From positions 682,001-746,000 of the forward strand of contig JAYWIR010000013.1 in the NCBI GenBank assembly GCA_036172245.1: a stretch of 64,000 bases of DNA. The letters run 5' to 3'. The stretch is from Raillietiella orientalis (taxonomy: Eukaryota). Below the pieces are notes generated by a model. It did not search any database, had not been told where the DNA came from, and worked only from the letters and a program-made list of their open reading frames with translations. Shown piece by piece: positions 51,181 to 62,661 of the stretch; position 1 is the first letter of the stretch, and every line of letters starts with the position of its first letter. The translations under genes and the position numbers were made by a program.

Positions 51181-54100
51181 CGGTCACCCCAACCGACGAC
51201 TACAGAAGAAACAAAGGGGAAGGTTAACCAGCACGCAGGCCGGGACAACAAAGAGTTCAGAACGGTAGAGGGACGAGAGAGCAACAAAAAAAACAAACAA
51301 AATGGGCGGGGAGGGGCAGGGATCTTTGGTTTTGCTCCGTATCCACCGGGATAGAAATAAAAAACATCAAGAAAGTTACGGAACGAAATGGGTGTGGGGA
51401 ATATGAAAAAAAAAATACAATAGAGGGAGAGAAGGGACAAGGATCCCCGGGTCCGCCGTTCCAAACTGTCCATCAACCGGCAATGGATGCCGGTGATCTC
51501 CTTGGATTCCTCTCCCAAGTGAGACCACCTTGCAGCCGTCCTGATGTAGGTGGCTGCCATCCCGGTGACCGCCTTAGCTGCGTGGTTATCTCTAGCACCT
51601 GTCGGGCCCCAACAATGGCACGGATGCAAACCATAGTTGCAATAAGAGCGCCCGTCGAGAGGCTCTTGGAGCGTAAAACAGCTGCAGCAGCCTCGGGCGG
51701 TGCAAGAGTGCTGTTGCCACCTCCTCCACAGTTCTTGGAAGGCACCGAAGTCCAAGAGCTGGTGCGGGATCGACTCCGTCCCAGTGAATGAAGAGTAGTA
51801 CTGCCTGTTACCATGCGAGGGGGAATAACGGACCGCCCACACAATGTAGAGGGACCACAAATTCTTCAGGGGCACACTCAAAAGTTCTCCCCACAGGAGT
51901 CCCGTCGCCACAGCACGAGGAGTGGCAGCGTTCACCAGCTCGCGCGTCTTCCAGCCACCAAGGAGTTTTATCCTTTCCGCGATTGTGCAGGAAAACTCCT
52001 ACCTCGAGGGTTGGCTATTGTCGTCTCTTGCCCTGGGGGCAGACATTCCTGCAACGAAGGGTCGAAAACTTCACCGCGTCCTGCATCATCACTTCCAGAG
52101 GTCTTGGTGACAGATATCGCATAGGGGTGAAGATCTTCAGGGAGCGTTTCCTGGAATACAGCCCAGAATTCAGCAGCCTCCTACCGCCAGGCGTTAAAGT
52201 TCGTTGGGCAGCAGGAGATCCACTGATGGGCTTCCACTAGAAAGGCGCGTTGCCTCAGTGGGTAGTCGAACCCCTGTAATGCAGGGGTTCGACTGCATCC
52301 TGTAACGCGAGCTCGGCAGGATGTGGTCTTCTCCTAAAATGGGTGCTATGCAACAAGAAAATCATGATGCCTTGAGCTGAATGAGCAATTTTTTTTTTTT
52401 TTTGCTCATACGGAAGTCATCGACTGCTGAGTCCTGCTCGAATGTTATCTTGGGTACTTCCCTCGCGAAAGCCCATTTCATCTGACTTGTTCCGGTCACT
52501 CGTCTTTGTCCAGTGTCAGACGCTTCTAACCTCACTATTAGGATTGGTTCCGCTTTTGCTCCGTCTTCAAGGACATAAAATCCTCATTCACTGGATTTCA
52601 CTGGAGTCCGACATCTGCAAGTCGCTTTTGCTGACCTTGTGTTTCTTCCGACCCTTCATCTCTTAGCACCAAAGCGCCACGAGGCACACTCGCGTGGAAT
52701 TCGTCGGCAGCTCAGTTTTTTTTTTTGGCACAGATCATGAAGCAGGAGAAGGCTTCAGTAAAGTCCATCTCCCGCCTCGACCTCCGGAACCACACTACCT
52801 GAGCAGGCTAGCACGGAATTTCCTCTGATAGTCCCTCCTAGCTCGCGAAGGACGATTTGTTCCACATCTGTGTTCCACGGGTCGAGGAGGCATGCCTACT
52901 TCACTCTTCACTACCCCGAATCTGAATCTCCCCGGTGGCTTGTAACACCCTCTTTGCCTAAGCGTGTGGGCTTCTGTGTACATATCCTCGACGATGTTCC
53001 CACACCTTCTCTCGGGAACTCCATCCAACACGATCGTGTCGCGCGCGTTCATTGGGTCCATAGAGGGATCGGATAGTTCCTTTGAGAATCTTCCAGCCTT
53101 CGAGCCCAGTCTCCAGGGTATAGTTTTGCTTCAGAGCTGACCGTACTGATGGCATCCCCTCTGCTACGGGCAAATGAGAACATTGTCGATCAGACGCTCT
53201 CGAAGTAGCCGAGGGAGTCATCTGCACGGGGGCGGTGAATGTAACAGCCAGTTGACCCTAGAGTCCATCCGGATGCAGTTTCCGATGCTGAGGACGATTT
53301 AGGGAATGCTTGATTTTCGAAGGCCTCCAGTACACCTGTGCTTTTTAGAACCGGCGGTACATGTTGAAGATACCTGAAGGCACTGCCGTCTTCACATCCA
53401 CCAGCTTCCATCCAACACAGGAAAGTCCCTCCTATCCTGGGGAGCAACTTGCTTTTTTCTAGGGTATGTTCTGCTCCAAAAGTTGTGACATCGGCTGAAA
53501 GGAGGAGATTGCCCCCTCCGATCTTGACGTCTTCTGGTGCCGAGGCATCCTTTTCCGTGTCGAAAGTGTGAGCAAAGCGGTTCTTCCACCTTCTTCAGAG
53601 AGACTTCTGCTACTCATATCCGTTAGCCACAGGATCGCTCCCACTGCCTTACGCTGGTTGATCAGCGGATATTCTTCGTATCTCACTGCGATGCTTCGGG
53701 TTAATTTATTACCTTCTTGGATCATGCTGGACCAAGGGCTGTTGTCGAAGGACACCGACGCAACGGTCCTTGGCCAAGTGCATTACTGTGTCAAGGATCC
53801 TGAGGACTTTTTCCATCGATTGGGGGACGTGGTTCTGGAAGCAATCCCAACTGTTTCTCTGGACCTTCCGACGGTTCGAAGCTCGAAATCCTATCCCTTC
53901 CTTTACGAAAAATGTTGCAAGCTTCCGCTTCGGTCTCTTCGATTTTCCTTCTCTGCAGCACCTTGCTTTGTTGTGGGTGATTTTGGATCTGTTCTTTCAT
54001 GATCCATCACTGGATGCTTTTATATCTTTAACTGTATTAGCCATGCTGCGCATCCAGTACCGATCACACGTAGTCATTCTGCTTGTTGAAATTATCCGTG

Positions 54101-55141
54101 GTGTTTCCTCTTGGCTAGAGATCCTTCAGCCTGCCTAGCCGCGGGGCTGACGTCGAGTAGGAGGCACGCAGTTTCTGTCTTGGTAGAATGGGGGTTGCTT
54201 CCGTGAACCTGGAATCCAGTCAGAACATCAGGATCTCGCACGTAGCAGCCTCCAATATTCCTGACTCCTCCTTTATTATTTGAGTTGGGGATTTCCTCCC
54301 GTACCCACATCGACTGGACGGGGCGTGCAATGTTTCTGCTAGATAAGCATCGATCGATGCTTCTGAGGTGGTCAGATCTCTGTATCTGGAAATCCTTGTT
54401 GCATCTCGCTTTCCTCAGATTCGTGATAGACTCTTCCAGCGTGGCTTTCCAGAGTCTTCCTGATGGCAAATCTCATTTCCTATTCCCATCTGTTCTGCGT
54501 TCGTATTCTATTTTGTCCATGGTGCATGACAGCCCTAATGGATTTACACAGTTGAAGTCATACTCGGATTCAAGTGCTTCCTGCCTGTGATGTGTATGCC
54601 GCACGCGTATCCCAACACTAATGGAACTCTGTCAAGTCTGCCATTTCATATATGTGCCTGACCTTTGTTGACACCTGTGCATGCGGTATGAAACGGCAGG
54701 TATCAAACGGTGAGATCTACTGAAGGAGACAACAAGTGAAAAACCATCAAGCATTCCGCCTAAATTTGTAACTCTCTTTCCGTATTTTCCATTTCTTGCT
54801 CCTTTGATGATTTCTTTCGTGATCTGCCCGTCTTGCAACACTCCATTTGTAGTCTCCTACCTTCGGACTTTTAAAATTGTCATCCCAGACACACGGCGGC
54901 CAACACACAGGACCAGAGTGATCCAAAACCAACTGGTCGCTTCAAATTCAAACTATTATTATTAACCGGTTAGGTCTGTTGGAATTTCTAATTTTTTGGA
55001 ATCCTTGTATTTGGAGCTTTGTGGGGAATGTGAATCCACAAGGAAACGACCTATTCCCATTAATGGAGAGTTCGGCATTCTTACTGAGACCCACAGCGGC
55101 AACCTCAAGCGCTTGGAACAGCGCTGTGGAATCCGACCTGC

Positions 55142-55375
55142 CGTAACAGGTGCGAAGTGACCATCACAAGGACCTCCTGTACGGCAGCAGACTAAACCAT
55201 GGGACAGGGAACCGATCAGTTAGACCGATTATGCCATGCTTGCGGAGACAAGGAAACGGTGCAACACTTGTTCATCTGCCACAACATGTGCAAAGACTGG
55301 CAAACAAGTCAGGAGGGTTTGGATCTGGAGGACAAAACCAAGGCTCAGTGCTGGGTGGGCCGTCTGAAACAATGA
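55142..55375 (+). mobile_element. Degenerate non-LTR retrotransposon (I-group-like LINE) ORF2 C-terminal fragment
   Basis: Frame from 55223 reads DRLCHACGDKETVQHLFIC, a C-x2-C...ET..H...C zinc knuckle typical of LINE ORF2 ends; just upstream RNRCEVTITR plus frameshifted GSRLNHG resembles the R..EV..TRLR.GH..L.H motif of I-group elements. Internal stop at 55193 and a frameshift. Confidence 0.7.
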
Positions 55376-57596
55376 GGAGCTATCTGCAATCCGATGGTGA
55401 GTACCAATGGACTTAATCAGCAGCACATTAATTAGAGGGCAAAGTTGGGAAAATGAAGCCACATGGCAGCCATTGACACCCTATGATTAGGACGAGACGA
55501 CTGAAACGTGAAGACATATATCCGCAACTATGAAAACATTTCCACGTGAACCTATCCGTGCTTTTAAAACGAAGCCCCAGAGATAGTCCCAACAACGGAA
55601 GAACACGCACCTAATGCAGGGAAACTTAGAAATAAATCATCGGCCAGCTGGATGTAGGCACTGTGTAGGGGAAACACTCTGTGACTTGTTTTTTCTTTCG
55701 TTTTCGTTTCTTTTACTTTGCTAGTTCGTTTTGAGTTTGATGTAAAATACCTTACCGTCACTCGCATCGAGGATACCACCTAACTTGGAACCTTACATTG
55801 CAACCCCTCCCCCCCTATTTAGTCAACTTTAAGGAATTTTCCAGGAAATCCTCCAATCCGCCAACTAATCGTATGAGGGAATTCAACTGTTTCTTGCTAT
55901 GCCATCTTGAGGTTTATGCATCAGCAACCTGTGTCAACAACCACATTAGGTATAACTCGGGAATGAAGCGGGTAGCCAATGCTGTTTCCAAAGACCAACA
56001 GTGCTCTGAAAATCGACTTCGAAATCACAAGAAAACACACATACAAAAAGGTGAACGCTCACTTGGAAATCTGGTATGATTTATTAAGATAACCAAGTCT
56101 TAATGAGACCTTGAGGGACCATTGAAGGAATTCATAACATATTGAGGACCCTTTAAAATGACACCTTCATTTATCCAACTATGTGCAAAGGCTGGTATTC
56201 AAGTGCGGCCAGATATGCTTATTGGAGATCGGATATGGACTCGACTTTGACTAGTTGAGTTCTTGTATTAGACTAGAAACTAAAAACTCAAGCAAGTCAA
56301 GGATGCTTGATATCCGTTATCTCGTCGCAAGAGAAAGCCCATGGAGCGAGGGCGCCTTCGAACCATCTTCAAGCAATAGCATCACGACTTTACGATTGAC
56401 CCATCTCCGAAGCATCCCAAATCAGGACTCTTGTTTTCTGGACTGGGAGATCTTTTGGCATATTTTTCCTTTCCATACCCTTTTTCGTTAAATAACATCA
56501 CAGCTCTAACTAACCCATCTCCAAATCACGTCTTGGCAGTGCTCTTCGCGTTTCGAATACCTTTAAAGGACTTGTTTTCAGTTCTTTAAAGGTAAGCGAA
56601 GGCACGCTTTACTCGAATCTTAGCAGCTATACTCCTGCATACCTCGAGCTGTTCTTGCATTACGGCTCGGGCTGTTTCACATTCCTCATCGAGAATAATT
56701 AAATAAATCTCACACGCTCCCCGACAGACCAGTGTCCTCTACTCCACGGTTCTACCTATCTTTGCGGTTCCTTCCATCCATCGCTCCTGACTTTACCTTT
56801 CCCGAAGTCCCAGCAGAGTCGAGGAGGCACTGAACTTTGCAAAATGCAATGGAATGATTTGAATGGAAGGACGATTTTAGCAGCTGTTGTGTTGTGCAAA
56901 CGTGTCGCGCTTTTGACGGACCCATCCCATACCGCGTTTTCGATCTCGAATAAATTTGTGTTCCAGATTCGTCAGTGTCGTCGCTGTAAAAGCTACGACT
57001 TCTTTTCGCTTAGCAATCCCACTAGTAAAAATAAATTCGAATAATTGACAACAGCTCCTGATGCGAGATTCTTGAACGGGATGTACGAACGTTTCTTTTG
57101 AAAACGATGCAACTAAGCAAAAGGGTCTTGCACCCCAAACACCCTTTTTCCTTCTTATTTTACCAAATGTTAGTAGGTGAAGATTCCGATCAATGTTCCC
57201 AAGTCAGTGGTGAGGGGCAAGCAACCGCCTCGATCAAATCTACGGCATCCGTTTGATTCAACTTGTTGCTCCTAAAAAAATATATATATATGATACGATA
57301 CATACTTTCATACATACAACGATTTAAATCGCTCCCAAAAATTTGATAGGAAATCGGCTGCACTCGAACACTTGGTGCTCGCAACCGCACTGATCTTCCC
57401 TTCCACACACCGTTTTCCGTTCAAAAAGCACAAGAAATGGGAGGGAATTTGAAAGAGGAGCATCGTGTGCAGATCCTGCAGCAAATCTCAAGGAGCGACG
57501 GTGCCGATAGCGATAATTCGAAACGACCGGGATTGGGATCCACCACTCGATCGACACATCTCATCATAGGTCATTGAGCTACAAGTCATGGATAAT

Positions 57597-57602
57597 TTTA
57601 TT
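57597..57602 (-). terminator. Candidate polyadenylation signal of Lar
   Basis: TTTATT on + (AATAAA on -) about 200 nt downstream of the Lar stop codon. Confidence 0.5.
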
Positions 57603-57804
57603 CATTTATACATATAAAGATTCCTCAGATACATTGAAAAATAAAACACAAAATAAAGATGGGAGTATTTTTGAAAACGTCTGTTCCTTCAATGCAACCG
57701 TGGCTTTCGAGATGTTTGACAAACACATTGCCATTCCCCCCCCCCCCCCCACTATCTCGCCGTGCCCGTGTCACTGGTAAGGACTCCATGTATCGGGGCC
57801 ATTT

Positions 57805-58647
57805 TCATTCGGTATAATGATCAAAAAATGCGAGATAATCGAGGGCCACTTGATAACAAAACTTGTACTGCTCCTGCGAAACAGAAAACTCTGATTACGG
57901 ATTCTGCCGTGAACGTATACTTACTTCAGTTTGTACCATGGCTGGTCTCTGCGTGCGTAAAATACGAACCGTCTGAAATACGTCCACAATCCCTTCCACG
58001 ATCATCTTTTCTAAAACAATACTAAGAGCTATGAAAACACCAGTTCTACCAACACCAGCACTACAATGCACTGTGATAGGACCTTCTTGTCCAAACTGTT
58101 CTTTGGTTTTATGCACTTGTCTAATTATTTCAATAATTCCTTCGGAGGAACTTGGGACACCTTGCTCGGGCCAATCCAGGAACTGAAACTGACGCACCGT
58201 TCTAGACTGACCATCCCTCGCATCGGTAACTTTGAACTCTCTCAATATATATTGTGGCATATTATACTCTGCAATAGGGTCTACCACGTAAAACTGGTAC
58301 CGGGCGGAACGCTCGTTGGGCCAATATTGCTGACACTTTTCACGACCCATTTCTTTGAGTTTGGTCAACATGACAACTATCGTGGAGTTATGTTCCCAGA
58401 GCATACGCCAAAAGTCTTCAATAGTTTCCTGCAAGGGTCCCTGGGTAGCTATGTACGCACGTTGGTTCCGATAACCATCAATAAAATTGGCATTGATGTA
58501 ATCAGTTCCTTCCACATTGGGAAAAGGTTGCAGACAAACGCGAGTGCACTCGTACGGTAAGATGTTGACAAGGCGATTCTTTAACTGGTTGATAGGGAGA
58601 TTTGCCGTCACAAAACGGGAGTATGGCATTCGGATGTTGGAGAGACG
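57805..58647 (-). other. Lar: Lar membrane-distal PTP domain D2 (pseudophosphatase-type)
   Basis: KNRL (not KNRY), WPEQG (not WPD) with intact [11 protein letters not shown]: the standard LAR-family D2 substitutions. Confidence 0.92.
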
Positions 58648-61600
58648 CTGCAAAAGGATATTCATATAACGCACATATCCCATATGGGTTCCGTGAATGC
58701 ACATCGTGCTGTACAGCAAATTTGTGTTGTCATACGCGATATGCGCAACGTGCTGCACGGTAACAGAACACATAGATCTGCTATTCCGATTTTTTTTTTT
58801 TTTTAACCTGCATCGGAAAAGTGGCTACCTTGAATTCCTGCTCCATGCACGTTATGCTTTCTCCCAAAGCAACAGGCTGCAACAACTGTTGGAGATATGC
58901 TTTCAAATTTTTGACAGGAATCTCGGGCACACAAGAAGTTACTGCTTCCAGGAGTGCATCGTAGATGAATACGTACTGATCTTCCGTTTGAACCATGTAG
59001 TTTCGCTTGGCTCGCAGGCAAGTCACATGACCATATACATCAACGGTCTGCTCATGCTGAATCCGTTCCAGCATCGTATCAATTACAATGTAGCATCCAG
59101 TCCTTCCTACTCCTGCACTACAGTGAACAATTACTGGGCCTGCATCATATGGGTTCATGGATCGGACTCTTCTCAAAAACATGAGGAAAGGAGCAGGATG
59201 ACTCGGCACGCCATGATCAGGCCATGCCATAAACTGGAATTGACGCACTTCTCTCTGCTCATTGCATCCGATCTGCTTCAACATTGAGATCCCTAAACGC
59301 AGTAATTTGGTCAGAATACCTTCTGAATGTGAAACGTTCGAATAATGTAAGTAGCTTGCTCGTGGAGATCTACAAGACAAACTTCCATGACTCCATACAC
59401 AGCTGAGCCCCTATTGGGCCAATACTGTTCACATTTATTCCTTCCTCTTTCTTCTAAACGTGTCATCATCACAATGGTGGTGCTTTTCTGCTCCCAACAC
59501 ATTCTCCAAAAATCAGAGATAGTACTGAGCAAAGGACCCTAATGTGTTTATGGAAAAGCAGACTAGTAAGTAAAGCTGACTGGCATTACCTGAGTAGCAA
59601 TATACGCATTTTCTTTGCAGTAACCATCACAGTAATTGGCATTGATATAATCACTTCCTATCTGTCCTTCCAGCATATTTAATACAACTCTTGAGTGATC
59701 ATATGCAATTACATTGGCGTACCGGTTCTTTGGCTTGTTGCAATCTTGAGTGGAACTTTCCCACGTAAACTGCTGGCCCGGCTCAATGGACTAAACAGGC
59801 ATGAGAGCACCTGAAGGTCGTTTACTTCTTTTACCTCATATTCCTGAGTGAATTTTAGATTGTCGTCCAGCTTCAGCATATCAATATGATTGGCTAGTTC
59901 GGTGATTGGAATGGGAGGATGAGAAATCATAGCCGGAGTCTGAAAATTTATTCTTCTTATTTCTACAGGATCACAAGTCCCATGGGTAGAATAATTCGTT
60001 CCTGTGTCATGTGGAAGCAGGGGCTTGGATGCCGCACAATTGTCATGTGACTTGATAGTACGTTTGCTTTGATCATCATTGATAAGAAAACAAAAGATAT
60101 CCGTTTCTTACTTTCTAAATATTATAAAAAGTATGAAAATGAGAGCCAACAAGATGGCTGATATTAAGGAACCAATTATCCACACCATATTCGTCTGATC
60201 GCGTGAGCTGCGAATGGCTACGTCCGTGTTACTGGAACGAACATTCGGATTTGGTCGCTGAGGCAACAGTCCCGGCGGAATGGGTTGCATAGCCAAAGAT
60301 AAGGAATCGGAATACGGACTGGAAGTGTACAGATCCTATGGGGTAAAAATGCCATTGGGAATGTTCACCACCGAAAGATATTATACCTTCTGCACTACTG
60401 CACGTACAAAAACTCGGTACTTCTGAGAAGCGTTAAGTTTAATGTTGACGAAGTTCTGATACTTGTTTCCGTCTCCCAAATTAAAAGTATACGGGATGCT
60501 CCGTTCTGGAAACCTGGCAGCAATGTATGGCAAAGAAGACGTGGATGCAACATCATCTAATCTTCTAGTGGTGAGTTCAACAAGCTTCGCCAACACATGA
60601 TTTCAACAAATGTGCATGCAGAGCAATTACCTCTTGTTCTGAATAACTATCAGGATCTCTAAGAACTGAACCTTTTTGATCTGGAACGACTATTAAATCA
60701 TAATAACTGATGGGTCCATATTCTTCTGAAGCTTGTGGAAGAATTATGCTAATGCTCTCGTTTGAATTCACTCCATAGAAATCTGGTTTCACCATAGGCA
60801 TGGGGGCAGCAACTTGAGTTGTAACAGTTATTCTAGCAGGCGGTCGATAACTGTTATCAAAAGGTACAGCGCTAACATTAATGTTATAAGATGTAAATGG
60901 CACCAGCTCTGCCACTAGCACAGAATGCTCAGTTGGTGGCGTAGTTATAACTTTCGGGGGGATCCGTTGTGTCTGCAGGATCCCATGGCTATCCACAAAC
61001 TCCTTATATGTTTCTAATGTTATCTAATCGCAGTTTCTGATTGGTGAGACAAGAGATTCAGTTTACTTAATCACCTTATAATTAATTGGATTTAGACGGA
61101 TAGGAGGACGCCAAAACAACATCATGCTATGGGTGCTTACTGATTCTGCACGCAAATCCAAAGGAACGTCTTCTGGTTTCACGGCCACTGTAATTTTCTC
61201 AGAAAGCCTTCCTATAGTCTGAAACTTGTATATTAAAAATTCAACAAGACGACCTCCAAACCAGTCTAGTGATAGCAGCTACAGCAATAGTATAAGGAGT
61301 GGTTCTCTCCAGATTTTCCAATTCATCTGAATGAGTAACCCCAGTGACTTTTTGCTGCCACATATCCATATCATCCACTGCTGTCATTGTATAGAAAATC
61401 TGTAGAAATCACTTTTTCGAAACTATGTATGTCTCGGTCCTACCTTATACCCAACTACCCGGTTTCGGGAAGGAACCATTTCCCACCAAACTTCAATACT
61501 AGAGAACGAAGTTGCCATGCCCCGCACATTCATGGGAGCTCTAATAACTTCAGATGGAGTCAGAATCGTTATGATATCTGAGAATGGTCCAGCCCCGACA

Positions 61601-62661
61601 CTGGTGAATCCTTGGATTCGAAATAGATATTCTGTTCCTTCCTCTAATCCAGCAAATACAGTCTTTAAAATAGCAACATTCCAAAATAAATCCGTTAGTC
61701 CTATCTATGTAATTTACTTTTTCGACAGAAGAATTTTTTTCGGCCTTTAAAACATCTGATCCCGACTTATAAAACTTAACGTGATACCCTATAATGTTTC
61801 CATTGCGTTTTTTTTCAGCGGGTGGTTCCCATGTTATTGCTACTGTAGCTGGGGTCTGGAAACGATGTTGTATGTTTAGTGGTGGACCTGTGGGGCTTCC
61901 TTCTGGAGTCATAACAAACTGAATATCTTCTTGGCCGTAATCTAATTCATTTCTTCCGGACAACCTGAATTCGTATTCGAATCCTTTTTCTAAAATGCGG
62001 AAATCTTTAACTCTCTTCTCTGTTGTATAATACAATTCACCAAGATTGTGAACAATAGTCTGATGATGTTTGGAACCATTCAAAATTACTTCTTTCATTA
62101 CAGTATTCCTTTTCCCATAGCGCAGGCGATAGCCCTGAATAGTTCCATATGCTTCCTCGGGAGGGTTCCACTTCAGATCTGCTGTGATTTCGGAAGAATT
62201 TCTCGTTATCAAGCTGTAAATAGTTTCAATAAGTAAAACCAGTAGGCATAAAATCACCTTATATTAAGAGACGGTGGTGATGGCACACCACCAAGTGTTG
62301 TTACATTTACAGGAATAGTTCTGCTACCATCACCCTTTCTGGTGAGAGCAGCTAACTGTATTTCATACGTGCTGCTAGGTTGAAGTCCGGTCACAATAAA
62401 GTCTTTTGCTTCTCCATTAGCTATGTCATATGTGATAGAACTACCATGTTTTGCCGGGCTCTTTAGAAGACACGAGATCAGTATTACCAAATGCTTTTCT
62501 GTCTTTTTTTGTTTTTAACACCTTGAAAAATTTTTCCCTAACATAGATCTGATATCCCATTATAACACCATGTTGCTCATTATCCAAAGGAGGTTTCCAT
62601 TTCACACGAACTGCTGTCGAATTCAGAGGATATACCTCCACATCACGGGGCTCACCTGGAA
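57805..62661 (-). CDS. Lar: Receptor-type tyrosine-protein phosphatase Lar (type IIa RPTP), 3' part, 16 exons; 5' exons lie beyond the window
   Basis: Phase-consistent GT-AG exons: 62661-62522, 62460-62258, 62213-62041, 61989-61718, 61662-61444, 61399-61262, 61218-61075, 61023-60631, 60584-60387, 60335-60112, 60066-59835, 59790-59590, 59538-59320, 59272-58829, 58647-57925, 57873-57805. Encodes FN3 repeats ([30 protein letters not shown]), TM, juxtamembrane [23 protein letters not shown], two PTP domains, ending [17 protein letters not shown]. Donors at 62521 and 61261 are the least certain. Confidence 0.95.
58829..59790 (-). other. Lar: Lar membrane-proximal PTP domain D1 (catalytically intact motifs)
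   Basis: [49 protein letters not shown] across three exons. Confidence 0.92.
60118..60188 (-). other. Lar: Lar transmembrane helix coding segment
   Basis: [24 protein letters not shown] followed by basic RNKR. Confidence 0.9.

Noticed and set aside
51102..51935. 277-aa minus-strand Cys/His-rich ORF with hydrophobic tail
   Set aside because: GTG start, tail derives from T-rich low-complexity DNA, no recognisable domain; likely part of the decayed relic.
57925..58647. Non-canonical KNRL and WPE motifs in a PTP domain
   Set aside because: Normal for the LAR-family D2 domain, not novel.
58066..59287. Plus-strand ORFs of 164 and 196 aa
   Set aside because: Antisense shadows of the Lar PTP exons.
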